In this document: positions 14,157-27,871 of the stretch, piece after piece | How the letters are laid out: each line of letters begins with the position of its first letter | How positions within the stretch are numbered: position 1 is the first letter of the stretch | Assembly: GCF_006345805.1 (NCBI RefSeq) | Contig: NC_043017.1 | Location: forward strand, 13,578,001 to 13,642,000 | DNA: 64,000 nt | Origin: Octopus sinensis | Taxonomy: Eukaryota | Direction: 5' to 3' | The notes under the pieces: generated by a model | The model's database searches: none | Told to the model about the DNA's origin: nothing | The model's input: only the letters and a program-made list of their open reading frames with translations | Position numbers and translations under genes: made by a program

Positions 14157-14360
14157 CGTCCCCCACCACTGATTCTCAACTGGTGTTGATGTGTTTATAT
14201 CCTCATAACTTAGCGGTCCACCAAAAGAAACCTTAAAGATCAGTACCAGACTTGATAAAAACGTAAGTACCAGGGTCAATTCATTTGACTAAACATTCTT
14301 GAAGGCAGTGCTCCAGCATGACAACAGTCTAATGATTAAAACAAGTAACAGATGAAAGAT
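13955..14360 (+). mobile_element. SINE family A (diverged)
   Basis: Head, internal (GT)n and tail are all recognisable. Similar older copies at ~10716-11190, 15410-15765, 36714-37055, 40513-40950, 52856-53120 and 61552-62060. Confidence 0.75.
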
Positions 14361-14463
14361 AAAAGATTACACACACACACGTATGAGTATATACACGCAT
14401 ACAGCCATACACACACACACTAGCTAAATCTTTCCTCTCACCACAGTATTTCACCCTACTGTA

Positions 14464-14847
14464 GTGGAGGCACAATGGCCCAGTGGTTAGGGCAGCGGAC
14501 TCGCGGTCGTAGGATCGCGGTTTCGATTCCCAGACCGGGCATTGTGAGTGTTTATTGAGCGAAAACACCTAAAGCTCCACGAGGCTCTGGCAGGGGATGG
14601 TGGTGATCCCTGCTGTACTCTTTCACCACAACTTTCTCTCACTCTTACTTCCTCTTTCTGTTGTACCTGTATTTCAAGGGGCCGGCCTTGTCACACTCTG
14701 TGTCACGCTGAATATCCCCGAGAACTACGTTAAGGGTGCACGTGTCTGTGGAGTGCTCAGCCACTTACACGTTAATTTCACGAGCAGGCTGTTCCGTTGA
14801 TTCGGATCAACCGGAACCCTCATTGTCGTAACCGACGGAGTGCTTCC
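14464..14847 (+). mobile_element. tRNA-derived SINE, family C
   Basis: Near-identical to 6643-7027; TSD tcaccctac(t/c)gt at 14451 and 14848. Confidence 0.9.
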
Positions 14848-15048
14848 TCACCCTACCGTGGATATTTCTGATATTGAGAGAGGATTCCTGAGTTAGACTT
14901 CACCACAGATTCAGTCGAGTTTTCTTACTTTAGTCTGATGATCAAAAGCAGATTACGTATTACGTAATTACCATAATTCAGACACACCCATAGCCACATT
15001 TTCATCATTACCTTCCAACAAGTCTCTTTCCTTTCTTGATAAATCAGG

Positions 15049-15098
<50 letters not shown>

Positions 15099-15129
15099 GT
15101 GTGTGTGTGTGTATGTATATAGATAGATA

Positions 15130-15360
15130 AGGCGGCGAGCTGGCAGAAACGTTAGCACGCAGGGCGAAATGCGTAGCCGTATTTCGTCTGCCGTTACGTT
15201 CTGAGTTCAAATTCCGCTGAGGTTGACTTTGCCTTTCATCCTTTCGGGGTCGATTAAATAAGTACCAGTTACACACTGGGGTCGATATAATCGACATAAT
15301 CTGTCTGTCTGTCCTTGTTTGTCCCCTCTGTGTTTAGCCCCTTGTGGGTAGTAAAGAAAT
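15130..15360 (+). mobile_element. SINE family B
   Basis: aggcggcgagctggcagaaacgttagc...gagttcaaattcc...gcctttcatcctttcggggtcga...aagtacc; multi-copy within the window. Confidence 0.8.
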
Positions 15361-15975
15361 ATGTGTGTGTGTGTGTATGCATATATGTGTGTAATATATA
15401 AACACACATAGTTCAGTGCTATTCTGTGGCACCTTTAACAAATGTCTTCCAATATAACTTCAAGCTGATCGAAGACTTGTGGGTGGATTTGGCAGATGGA
15501 AACTGAAAGAAGCCTGAATATGTATAAGTGTGAGTATGTGTATGTGTCTTTGTATCTGTGTTTCTCCCCTCCACTACTGCTTGACAACTGGTGTTGGTGT
15601 TTCATGTCCCCGTAACTTAGTGGTTCAGCAAAAGAGACTAATAGAATAAGTACCAGGCTTCATAAAATAAGTCCTGGGGTCGATTCATTCCACTAAAAGA
15701 ATTTTTGGGTGGGGCAGTGCCCTAGTATGGCCACTGTCTAATGACTGAAACAAGTAAAAGATGAAACAATATTTTACAGAAAAAAAAAACCCTCAAAAAA
15801 AATCCCCATAACAATACAACCATATTTATAACCATAACCAGTCCCCATAATATGAGGTTCCCCTGTAATAACAACAGTCTTCAAAATCTAACCTGTGTCT
15901 GTATCAACACTGAAAATTGAATGCAAAATGGAAATCAAAATCATTTGAAAATATGTTTCAAGTAATTTATATAAA

Positions 15976-16344
15976 ACTAGCACTATGACCTGGCAATGCC
16001 GGGTCATAGTGCTAGTGCATGCATATATAGATGTGTGCGTGTACACATACATGTGAGTACTGTCCAAATCTCTGACCAATTACATACAGCTAGTTGGCAT
16101 TCAATTGGGCGTATCAAGTTTCGGGCATTTTGATTGGGTTTTGGATAGAAAATTCACAAAAAAGTCACTTTTATTGATTTTTTAATGGCTTTGCGGGGTG
16201 ACTGGGGAAATGTAAAGATGTGCACGACCACCCTTGGATAGTTTTGAATGACCATAGAAAGTGCGAGCCCTCTAACTGAAAAATTGTGGATTTGTATAAA
16301 GGACACACACACACAGACATTTTGCCGTTTATATATAGAGAGAT
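15976..16344 (+). mobile_element. Helentron/DINE-1-like element, different subfamily
   Basis: Starts with a 19-bp-stem hairpin, actagcactatgacctggc-aat-gccgggtcatagtgctagt, and ends acacacagacattttgccgtttatatatagagagat. Confidence 0.55.
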
Positions 16345-16608
16345 ACTGCATACATTTTATAAAGGTAATCTATAAAATACTACATGTATTTCATAGAAAT
16401 GAACCATTACTTGGTTTAATACTATCACCTGGCTACTCGGCTGCAAGTATTTAGCCTGGGGATATCAGGATCTTCCTCCTTTTTTCCTCAAAACTTTCAG
16501 GATGCTCTACCGAAAAAGTCATTGTTGTTACCCTTCTTCTAGTTTTTCATTTTTTGAAAGATAATAAAAAGAAAACAAAATTCAAAACAAAAAGACAACC
16601 AAACTCAC

Positions 16609-16780
16609 CTGTGGCCGAGAAAGGCCTGAGGGAACCCAGGTAAAACCTTCTCGCAATGTACTTTCTTTTAAATCTTCATCATTCATTTTTGGCCAACCTA
16701 AGCGATCCCGGACATCAATAAATTCACAGTGGTAGACATCGTGAGATTCTCGAGGACATCGACATAATTTGCAAATATTT
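16609..16780 (-). CDS. Lmpt: Coding exon of the same PET-LIM gene: end of the Cys-rich region and start of the PET domain
   Basis: Acceptor cttttgtcag|A at 16780 and donor CAG|gtgagt at 16609; 172 nt, phase 2/0. Encodes (R)NICKLCRCPRESHDV...EGFTWVPSGLSRPQ; the WVPxGL motif starts PET domains. Joins the 2821 exon in frame. Confidence 0.92.
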
Positions 16781-16967
16781 CTGACAAAAGAAATCAAAAC
16801 ATAAATCACAATCCCATTGTAGACATTAGCAGAGAAATCGTTTAAAGAGTGACAGACATTTAGCTTTATTATGTCTTTATCTGTGGTAGCAGTGGACACT
16901 GAGTGGAGCTAATGGGTAAATTCAAAGACAGTTTTTAAAACTGGGATTACAGTCAATAAACACACTG

Positions 16968-17306
16968 GTACTCTTTTACTTGTTTCAGTCATGTGACTGT
17001 GGCCATGCTGGAGCATCGCCTTAGGTCAAGCAAATCGACTGCCAGGATTTATTCTTTGTAAGCCTAGTACTTATTCTATCGGTTTCTTTTACCGAACCGC
17101 TAAGTTACGGGGACATAAACACACCAGCATCGGTTATCAAGTGATGTTGGGGGGACAAACACAGACACACAAATCCACTCACAAGGCTTTGGTCGGCCCG
17201 AGGCTATAGTAGAAGACACTTGCCTAAGGTGCCACACAGTGGGACTGAACCCGGAACCATGTGGTTGGTAAGCAAGCTACTTACCACACAGCCACTCCTG
17301 CGCCTA
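16968..17306 (-). mobile_element. SINE family A with internal deletion
   Basis: Tail and head are present; the microsatellite segment is missing. Confidence 0.8.
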
Positions 17307-19939
17307 TAGTAGTCAATACATTCAATGAAGTATTCCAAGAAAAGAGGAAAGAGGGTGCAGTACAGAGAGAGAGAGAGAGGAAGGAGAGGAGGGGAAGGAG
17401 AGAGGGGAGAAGGAGGAAGGGAGAAAGAGGAATGTGCATATGTGTGCACATGCTTGGGGGTGGGGGCCATTGACATCATTATCGTCTGACTTCCATTATC
17501 CGTGCTGGCATGGCTTGGACAGTTTGACAGGACCTGAAGAGCCAGAAGACTGTGCCAAGCTCCAATGCCCGCTTTAAGATGTCTCCACGGCTGGATGCCC
17601 TTCCTAGCACCAACCACCATACACAGTGTATTGGGTGCTTTTTATGTGGAACCAGCAGCTGTGAGGTCACCGAGACAAGGTCTCTCGACTGAGGTGGGAA
17701 TAGTATTGAGGGAGATGGCTTCATACAAGGTGATGAGGAGTATGAAACAAAAAAAAAAGTGTACTCAATGCATGAATATATCAGCCTTTACTGAACTACA
17801 CCGGTGATGAAGAGGAGTCTTACATGCATGTACAACTATTAGCCTTCCATAAAGAAAGGAACCTTACTAGGCCTGTGCCTTAGCAAAGAACTTTCCAAGT
17901 GCAGACCTATGACAAGATATACAAAGGTTTTCCCTTTGTTAAGATGGTAGGATTTAATTTGAGTTAATATTTGGCTGCTATTTCTAACAGGTTGAGCAAC
18001 TGCAATGAGGTGCCCTCATATTCATTTCTTGAACCAATTTGTCTTACCGTTGGATTGATATCCTTCTTGCTGTTAATTACTCAACTATAAAATACGAATG
18101 GCTTCTAATTGTTCTTCCCCACCCACCTTCAGCCAGGAAAACTGAAGCCAGCAGAGTTATGTACCTTGTTCAGAGGCTCAATAGAATGATCATAGAGCAA
18201 GTGCACGAACATTTGTTTTCACAATTCTCATACTTGCACAGAAAAAACAAGCATGGATTAATTAAAGTTGCTTCTAATTCAATTGAGCACCAAAATTTCA
18301 GAGTGATTCATTTTCCCCATTGGCATTCATTCTGCAATAGTTGTTTTCACAGCTACTTATTCAACCTGAAATGATCAACGAAGAAGACACACCACAGCAG
18401 TGGGAATATGCATAAGATGTGTAAAAGCTTGCTCAAATGTAGAATTTCCAACAAAGGCCTATTACATGTGTCTTATACATTGTTTGGTCTGAATATTTCT
18501 TTAAATTATATTGTATGAACATCTTCTCTAGTAAATGCTCTAAAACATAAAGAAGCCTTCCATTTATTACATAAGTCTATGATATGATGCAATGACTACC
18601 ATATTTAATCCTTTAACATTCAGATTGCAGAGGACATCTGCTTTAAGTACCCCATATAACACCTCGTAACTTATTTATTTTGGGGAATTTTCAGAAAATT
18701 TTCACAAATTTGTATTTTGCATGCAAGAATTCATGATTATGAAAAAAAAAAAAAAATTTTGTGTGTGATTTAAAGAGCTATTTAACTGCTATTTTTACCT
18801 CATCTCACAATCACCTGATACCCTCCTCATTTCTTTCTCACTGACATATTAATGTTTTTTCAATATCTTTCTAACCATAAACACATTTAATGGTCTATTC
18901 CTAGGATTTAAGCCAAAAATTCAGATCGTCGGTATTTGAAACTGTGATTTAAAAAAAAAAAGAAGTTAGAAAAATAAGAAAATTCTTTCCTTTTTCATAC
19001 TCATATGAATTCCAAAAAAATATAAAAGTTATGAGGGATTATCTGGGGTACTTAAAGCAGAATTCTGCCCAGATTTCTCTGTCAAATATAATGCTTATTT
19101 ATTCACATTGATTTGCATTTGTCATGCACTAAATTTGTAGCTTTGAGATCTCAATGACGTAATTGTTTACTTTTAGGATAATAGTTTAGGGTGAGTGCAA
19201 GAGGCAGGATCTGGCCAATTTGAAAATAAAGCAGGTGGATTTATTTTGGCCAAATTTGGCCGGTTTATATGTTAAAAGGTTAAGGCCACTTAGTAGTATG
19301 GCTCTAACTCAGCTCTAAGCAGTGCTTCTGATATGATAAATGAAGATCAAGGAATCAAGGGAGATGTCACGTTAAAGGGAAATTACCAGGTGATGATGAT
19401 GATGATGATGATGGTGGTGGTGGGAACTGTCTAGACTGAACATCTGTAAATAGAGTCAACAGTGATTTATCATCTCTTTCAGCTGATCAAATATGGAATC
19501 ATAAAATATGGTAGGTGTATGAGTGGAAGTAGAAGTGTCAGAGAAACAGAGGTGGATGAGGGGTTTAGGAGGAAGGGGAAGAGTATCAAGGGGATGTAAA
19601 GAAGAACGAAGGAAAACGAAGAGGAAAAAATTACAAAAAACAAACAAAAACAGAGGAAAGATGAGGAAGGAAGAAAAAAGGAAAAAATAAGCAAAAGAAC
19701 AGAAGTGTTGAGGGGAAAAACACACAAAGAAGGGATGAAAAAATATAAATATGTGTGTGTATTTTTGTGTGTGTGTCTGTGTGTAAATATATTATTTATT
19801 TGAATCAGTCAGTTGGAACCAAAACTGGCTGGAAAACCTGGGTTTCATCAGGCTTTGCCATTTCATGCTTCAGTATTTAGCTTACATTTCATTTATAAAT
19901 GTGGTGTGTGTCTGTGTGTCCATGCATACACATACACAC

Positions 19940-21335
19940 ATAGATGTCTTAGAGTTAATTACAGGGATATCATATTGCTTGGAACAGGTCATGACAATCG
20001 TGTAAAGAATTACAGCCCAATTGATTATGAAGGGAATTAGCCTAGATGAGATGCAGTTTGGTTTTGTACCAGGAAGAAATAGTTTTCTTCTTACGCAAGG
20101 AAACTGCAGAAGTATTTAGTATTTGTTGACCTTGCAGAAAGCCTTCACTCTGTGATCTGATGATCAGTGAGGAAACTAGGAGCACATGGCTTACTTGTGA
20201 GAGCCGTACAAATCGTGTATCTTTTTATTTATAGTCTCCTAAGTCATAACAGGGGAATTTAAGAAACCATGCCAAACCTGACACTGGGGCAAAGTAGGGT
20301 CCTCAAACCAACTGGATCTTGTTTAACCATCCAACCCATGCCAGCATAGAAAGCTGATGTAAAACCCATGATGATGAGGATAATAATGGCATGTGTGTCT
20401 GTGCGTGAGAGAGAGAGAAAGGTAGAGAGACAGAGGGGGGAGATGGGGGAGGGGAGAGATGGGGGAGGGGAGAGATGGGGAGAGAGAGAGAATGGTAATG
20501 TTGGTTTATATGCCAAGTTATACATAAATCAGACAGGACCCTTCACTCTTCCAATAAATGGCCCTTCTTGATATGTAGGTAGGGTGTAGGCAGAAATTCT
20601 ATTGGGTGTACCCAGTGCAGGCTATGGACACAAGAGGTGCAGTGGAATAGTTGGAAGGTTAACAAAGGAAGTGGTATATGTATTTGAGGGATGATTATAT
20701 GATGTATGTCTTTGAACTACGATGCTGCATGGTAGTGAGATGAGGGTATGTGGAGGCTGGAGAGAAATGAAGCTGGTATGCTCTGCTAGATATGCAATGT
20801 CAGTGTGCATGTGAAACAGAGCACTAGTGTGTTGAGAGTGAAGTTGAGCATAAGAGGAATTAGATGCAGTGTGCAAGAGAGGAGATGACTGTGGTGGTTT
20901 GGTCATGTAACGTAGATGGATGAGGACAGGTGCATAAAGAAGTGCCAATCACTTGAAGAGGAGGGAAGGTGTGAAAGAGGGAGACCCAGGAAGACATGGG
21001 ATGTAGTACTGAAGGTCGATCCCAAAATGCTGAACCTTAAAAAGGTGATGGCAGAGGATCGAGATAGGTGGCACATTGCTGTACTTGAGAAGACCCACCA
21101 ACCACAATAGAATTGAGATCCTAAAACCAAGGTGCCATGTAAAAAGCACTCGTGATGGTGTAACATAAAAAGCACCCAGTACAGTGTAGAGTGATTGGCA
21201 TTAGGAAGGGCATCCAGCTGTAGAAACCATGACAGAACAGAGAATGGAGCCTGGTGCAGCCCCTGGCCTTGCCAGTTCCTGTCAAGTCATTCAACCCCTG
21301 CTAGCATGGAAACCGAATATTAAATGTTGATGACA
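19940..21335 (+). mobile_element. Decayed RTE-clade LINE fragments
   Basis: LDEMQFGFVPGR-like RT remnant near 20040; C-terminal WFGHV...MDEDRCIKKC...RGRPRKTW at ~20890-21000; then the RTE-type 3' UTR. A related fragment is at ~27200-27540. Confidence 0.75.
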
Positions 21336-21340
21336 GTGTA

Positions 21341-21376
<36 letters not shown>

Positions 21377-22460
21377 CAAACGGCGGTGCATCAGCATGGC
21401 CACAGCTCTGAGCTGAAACTAGAAAAAAAAAAATATATATTACGGAGATGTACTTGCATAGCAAGTGACCTGATCTGAGATTGTGTGCTGGAAAGGAAAC
21501 AATTACAGCATGGAAGGTGTTCATAAGCCATTTAAGAAACACAAAAAATCCGTTAGATTCACTTCAACACTTAAATTAAATTTGTCAAAATATTTCCGTC
21601 GCTTTGAGACCACGACCTCTTCACTGACAAAATTCCGTGCTGCATCTATCTATCTATCAATCTATCTATCTATCTATCTATCTATCTATATATAATTGAA
21701 AATGAAGAGGAGTGTGGAGATTTATTCACATTCAAAACTTTTTGTTTAAAATGTTTTCTACAGTATGTATAGCAATGACCAACATATGTTTCAATTGCAG
21801 CAACTACACATTGTTCCATATGCAAATGTGCATCCTAGTCGCTGCAATTTCATCAGAGTGAACTAATTCAAACAATCTTTCATGTGTGTGTATGTGCAAA
21901 AACTCACAAAACACACTAAAGGATCAGTGATTGTTTGATTAATGAACAGTGTTGTCAACCCATCTCATTTAGAATTCTTTCCTCCACCTCTCATTGATAT
22001 TTTGTGTATTTATTGAACCCTACAAATGTAACACAGATAAAACTGTTTATTTATTGGTGATTGATACAGCAACTTATTGAACAGATTCTTCAGTTACCAT
22101 GGAGACAACAGCTAAACACATCCAAACCTTAAATAAACTATGTTGTTATTTCAATACAATAATGTTAAGGAGAAGGACATGTTAAATAACGTAATCCTAT
22201 ATACTCTTAAGAGGTGGTGGCCAAGGCTGGAAGGTCACTGACCATCGCTCTACTCAGGATTAGACAAATATATTATTGAGGCATTGTTGTACAGCTGGAT
22301 GCTCTTCCTGTAGCTAACCCTTACCTGTTTTTCTTATGTTTTTTTTTATCAAGTATTGAGCTCCATTTGATTTTGCTGAAGGAGACTCAGAATTAGTTTC
22401 TGGATTTAATGTTGATTATGGGGCAGTAGGGTTTGCAATCCTGTTTATGGCTGAGTATAT

Positions 22461-22858
22461 TCTTTTACTCTTTTACTTGTTTCAGTCATTTGACTGCGGC
22501 CATGCTGGAGTACCGCCTTTAGTCGAGCAAATCGACCCTGGGACTTATTCTTTGTAAGCCCAGTACTTATTCTATCGGTCTCTTTTGCCGAACCACTAAG
22601 TGACGGGGACGTAAACACACCAGCATCGGTTGTCAAGCAATGCTAGGGGGACAAACACAGACACACAAACATATACACACACATATATATATATATACAT
22701 ATATACAACAGGCTTCTTTCAGTTTCCGTCTACCAAATCCACTCACAAGGCATTAGTCGGCCTGGAGCTATAGCAGAAGACACTTGCCCAAGATGCCACG
22801 CAGTGGGACTGAACCCGGAACCATGTGGTTGGTTAGCAAGCTACTTACCACACAGCCA
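22461..22858 (-). mobile_element. tRNA-derived SINE, family A (internal CA/TA microsatellite)
   Basis: Head ggctgtgtggtaagtagcttg...ggttcagtccc and tail cagcatggccgcagtcaaatgactgaaacaagtaaaagag; more than 20 copies in the window. Confidence 0.85.
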
Positions 22859-23079
22859 ATATTTTATTTGTAATTTTTTTTGTGTCAAGTGTTATTTTGG
22901 GGGGAAGGTTTTTTTAAGAATTTTGAAGGCACAAAGCCATTGGATGATTTGTCAACAGGAGAAATGACAAAAATGTCCCCACTGGTAATTCAGCAATTTT
23001 TTGGAGGTGCACAAAGGGAAACTAACATACAGACACAAAGGTAGAGTCATTAACATCAATTCCAATAAAGTACCATTTA

Positions 23080-23475
23080 ATCTCTCTATATATATAAAGC
23101 TGAAATTGTCTGTGTGTGGCAGGTTTGGTAGCCTTCAACTAACACTATCTCCTCCGAGACCCTGCGGTGCAAGTTGACCAAAATTGAGAGTACGATACAA
23201 GAAGGCTTGCTCTTCCTTCCATAGAAGAAAAAATTCAAATCGGACCATGTTAACACCAAAAATTATTTACATCAAAAAAGTGCTTTTTTTCTATGAAAAT
23301 CCCTATTTTTTACGATTTTTTTACTGCTGTGTCGCCATTTTTCAGTGTATTTCAACAAGAAAAATGTTCACTTAAAGAGAATAACAAGCTACATAATGCA
23401 AAATTTTTACTTTTCAAAAATTCCAATTCTAAAGGGTCGAAACAAACCCGAGCAATGCCGGGCAATACTGCTAGT
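23080..23475 (-). mobile_element. Helentron/DINE-1-like element
   Basis: atctctctatatatataaagctgaaattgtctgtgtgt ... cccgagcaatgccgggcaatactgctagt; same terminal architecture as 12452-12821. Confidence 0.55.
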
Positions 23476-24701
23476 GATACTATAATATTATTTTACTAAC
23501 CCCTAAGAGGAATGTATGCAATGCTAAAATGGATAGAAATTTCTAATTCAGTCTATAAAGGAAAGTAAACAAATATCACAAGATACTGGTTCTGAGCAAT
23601 TTTTGTAAGAAGGTAGAGGTGTGGCTGTGTAGTAAAAGGTTTGTTTCCCAACCACATGGTTCCAGGTTCAGTCCCACTGCATGGCACCTTGTGTTTTTAC
23701 TATAGTCCTGGGCCAACCAAATCTTTGTGAGTGAGTTTGGTAGATGGAAACTAAATGATGTGTGTGTGTGTGTATCATCATCATCGTTTAATGTCCGCTT
23801 TCCATGCTAGCATGGGTTGGACGGTTTGACTGAGAGCTGGCGTACCAGATGGCTTCACCAGGCTCCAATCTTGATTTGGCAGAGTTTCTACAGCTGGATG
23901 CCCTTCCTAACGCCAACCACTCCAAGAGTGTAGTGTGTGCTTTTTACGTGCCACCGGCACGGGGGCCAGTCAGGTGGTACTGGCAATGACCTTGCTCAAA
24001 TCTTTTTACACATGCCACCAGCACAGGTGCCAGTAAGGCGACGTTGGTAACGATCACGCTCGAATGGTGCCCTTTTACATGCCACCGGCGCAGAAGCCAG
24101 TTGGCTGCTCTAGCCAGTTGTGTGTACATATGTATATATGTATGTATGTGTCTTTGTGTCTATTCCTACCACCACTTGACAACTGGTGTTTGTTTGCTTA
24201 CCTCCCCATAACTTAGCAGTTTGACAAAAGTATTGATAAAATAAGTACCTGACTTAAAAAAAAATTGCTGAGATAAATTTGCCAGACTAATACCTTTCAA
24301 GGCAGTGCCCCAGCATGGCTACAGTCTAATGACTGATCCAAGTAAAAAGATAAAGAACGACTGTGGGGACAGAAGATAAAGAAGGGTGGGTAAAGAGTGC
24401 AAGAATGAGAGTGGGGAGAGTGGGAGATGGTTAGAAAGGAGAGGTAGGAGTGAACAATGTAGAGATGGGAATCAACAGTAAGTACAAGGGGGTGGAGGTA
24501 GAGATAAGAATGAGAGAAGGATGAGGTTTAGGAATAGTAGAGGCTTAGGGAATGGGGAGTGAAATTTAACAAGAGAGTGGGGCAGCAGAATAATGGAATA
24601 GATAGGTAAGGAATGAAGGGATTAGAGATTGAGAGATGAAGGGCGGAACATTTAATTTTAGAATTAATGTTTTTACTTCCATTCTTCCTTTTGCTACTCA
24701 C

Positions 24702-24787
24702 CTCCAGGGATGACTCTTAAAACCAGGACATCTATCACCACATTCCATGCATGGCTGATCTTCATCCACTTCATAAATAGCTATTCC
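24702..24787 (-). CDS. Lmpt: Coding exon of the same PET-LIM gene: N-terminal Cys-rich region (absent from the ORF track)
   Basis: Acceptor ttttttcag|GGA at 24787 and donor TGGAG|gtgagt at 24702; 86 nt, phase 0/2. Encodes GIAIYEVDEDQPCMECGDRCPGFKSHPW(R). The split AG|A codon completes PCxxC..CxGF..HxWRxICxxCxC with the next exon. Confidence 0.9.
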
Positions 24788-25240
24788 CTGAAAAAAACAA
24801 AAACAAAGCAAAATAAATATAAACAAAACGATTGGTACATCAATAAATGTAGTAGAAACTCGGTGTTATTATTAAACATTTTGTTACCATATTTTTATCA
24901 CAATACGGTATCTTTGTTTCAATTTATTTTGAAAAAAGAAATGAAGGACTTAGTAAAGAAAAAATTTGTCATTGCTGATGTTTGGAGCATAAATTAACAT
25001 GAAATTTTAATGCAATATTCTAATTTAGCGCATTTTAAAACAGGAAGTTTGTGGCACAGAACAAGGAGCAGTCTCAGGGGCATGGATCAAAAAGGTCATG
25101 TTCCAAAAAGGCTTAATAACGAAGTTAATTATTTTAGTGAATCAATCCAAAATTCATTATTTTAACAATTCCAACATAGGTGGTGCCCCAGCATGGCCGC
25201 GGCCTTCGGGCTAAAACATTTTAAAGGATTTAAGGATTTA

Positions 25241-25650
25241 TAGGCACAGGAGTGGCTGTGTGGTAAGTAGCTTGTTTACCAACCACATGGTTCCAGGTTC
25301 ATTCCCATTGTGTGGCACCTTGGTCAAGTGTCTTCTACTATAGCCTAGGGTCGACCAAAGCCTTGTGAGTGGATTTGGTACACAGAAACTGAAAGAAGCC
25401 CATCATATATATATATATATATGTATATATATGAGTGTATATGTGTGTGTGTCTGTGTTTGTCTCCCCAACATCACTTGACAACTGATGCTGGTATATTT
25501 ACGTCCTCATAACTTAGTTCGGCAAAAGAGACCGATAGAATAAGTACTAGGCTTCCAAAGAATAAGTCCTGGGGTCGATTTGCTCGACTAAACGCAGTGC
25601 TCCAGCTTGGCCACAGTCAAATGACTGAAACAAGTAAAAGAGAGAAAAGA
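25241..25650 (+). mobile_element. SINE family A
   Basis: Full-length plus-strand copy. Confidence 0.85.
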
Positions 25651-27871
25651 GAGAGAGAGTAATAGAAATATAAGAAATTAAAAATATGTTTACAAAAAGT
25701 TTAACCCTTTAGTGTTCAGATTACTCTGTTAAATGTAATATTTTTTTACTCAAATTGTTTTTAATTAATCCTGCATTATCTTATAGCTTTTGAGGTTTCA
25801 ATGATGATGATCATCATCATCGTTTAACGTCCGCTTTCCATGCTAGCATGGGTTGGACGGTTTAACTGGGGTCTGGGAAGCCCGAAGGCTGTACCAGGCC
25901 AGTCAGATCTGGCGGTGTTTCTACAGCTGGATGCCCCTTCCTAACACCAACCACTCCGTGAGTGTAGTTTCAATAATGTGATTGTTTATTTTTAGAATGT
26001 CAATGTAGGTTAGGTGTGAGAGGCTAGATATTGCCAGTCTGAATATAAAACATGTAGAATATTTGGGCTGGATATGGCCGGTTTAAACACTAAAGAGTTA
26101 AGCCAAAACAAATATTTACAAAGAATGCTACAATAAAGCAGAGTCTGTAGAGTGGTTGGTGAAAGAATAGAGGAAAGCTGAAGTAGAAAGAGAACTGTTT
26201 GGTGTTGCTGGGGACATGACAACCTCTTTGGTGCTAGGGACAGGATAATTTATGCTCAGTATACTCTTGGCAATGTTTAGTACAGGAAAGGTAACCAATC
26301 TGAGAAATGACACCAAAAATGAAACCTCCAAGCAAGAGGTACAAGCATGGCTATGTGTTAAAAAGCTCACTTTCCAATCATGTGGTCTTGGGTTCAGTCC
26401 CACTGTGTGGAACCTTGGGCAAATGTCTTCTACTATAACCCTGGGCCAAACCAAAGCTGTGTGAGTGGATTTGGATGACAGAAACTAAAAGATCATATAT
26501 AGGTATGTGTCAGTGTATGTGTGTATGTGTGTGTGGACATGCATGCACACAAATGTGTGTGTGTTTGTGTGCCCCTCTCTAGACGTCACATGATGGTTGT
26601 AAATGAGCATCAGTGTTATCATACACGAACAACTTCAAGTTTTTCATATCCAGTCTTCTATGGGAAAATATTACATTTTTTTTTACAAACAGTTGAGGGT
26701 TGGCAACAGGAAGGGCATCCAGCTGTAGAAAAATCTTCCTCGACAAACTCCATCTGACCCATGCAAACATGGAAGAGTGGGTGTTAAATGATGATGATGA
26801 TAATGGTGAAGCGATATTTCCTCTAATTTTTATTGCTGTGGTGTGTGCATAAATTGTAGCAATTTTGCCTTTTTATTTATTAATTTTTTTTTTTCGTTTC
26901 TTCATATCCATGTGAGTAACCAACTGCAATTAACAAAAATATTCAATTTTATCTTGAAAAGCTTATGCACACACGTTTACCCCTTTAGGTACTGGTTGTA
27001 AAATAAATGTGCAATCTTGGAGGAACAGTGCTTACAAGCAGGACCCATAAAGTAGAAAGAGGAGAATCCACCACATTAACAACTCACTTCTGAATGCAAT
27101 CAAGCAAGTTAAGACACAGAAAGGAGACACCAGCCCAAAGCTGATACCTTGAGGGCATGTTTTGGCACCTTGCCATCACTGCACTTCCTCTCTTTCCAGC
27201 ACCATTCCAGCTTATGCCCACCCACTCATGCAAAATGCAATGTATTCTGCTAAATGTGTAATGTCAGTATGTATAAAAAGCAGAATACAAATGTGTTGAG
27301 AGAAAAACTGGTAGTGTGCAGGGGAGAAGATTGCATTTGGAATGGGTTTGTGATGCATATGGATGAGGGCAGCTCTATGAGCAAGTGCCAACTGTTTACA
27401 GTGGATGGAGCATGTGGCAGAGGGAGACCCAGGAAAACATGGGATGAAGTGGTGAGGGTTGATCTGTGGATGTTCAGCCTCGAACAGGAGATGATAAAGG
27501 ACTGAATTGATATGCAGTACTTGTGAAGATATGCCCTTCCCCTCTGCTAGCATGTGAAACTGAGGTTCTTAAAGCACAACTGGACCCCTCGTTCAATGTC
27601 ACAGTCAAGTTTTCACCTGCAACTCCTTCACTCTGTCATTTACCTATCACTCATCATTCCATCACTTTTTATATCTACAGCATTATTCTGCATACCTACA
27701 CATATCATCAATCCCTTCCACATTACCCTTTCTCTTTCCTTTTCTTTAGAGCCACTTCCTTTTCACATCCATCCTCCTTCGTCCTTAATATCTTCCATCC
27801 CGACTCATATCTTTCATTGGCCACGCTTCCTACACCACACCAAACTTGGCCCCTATTCCTTCCATCATGCT

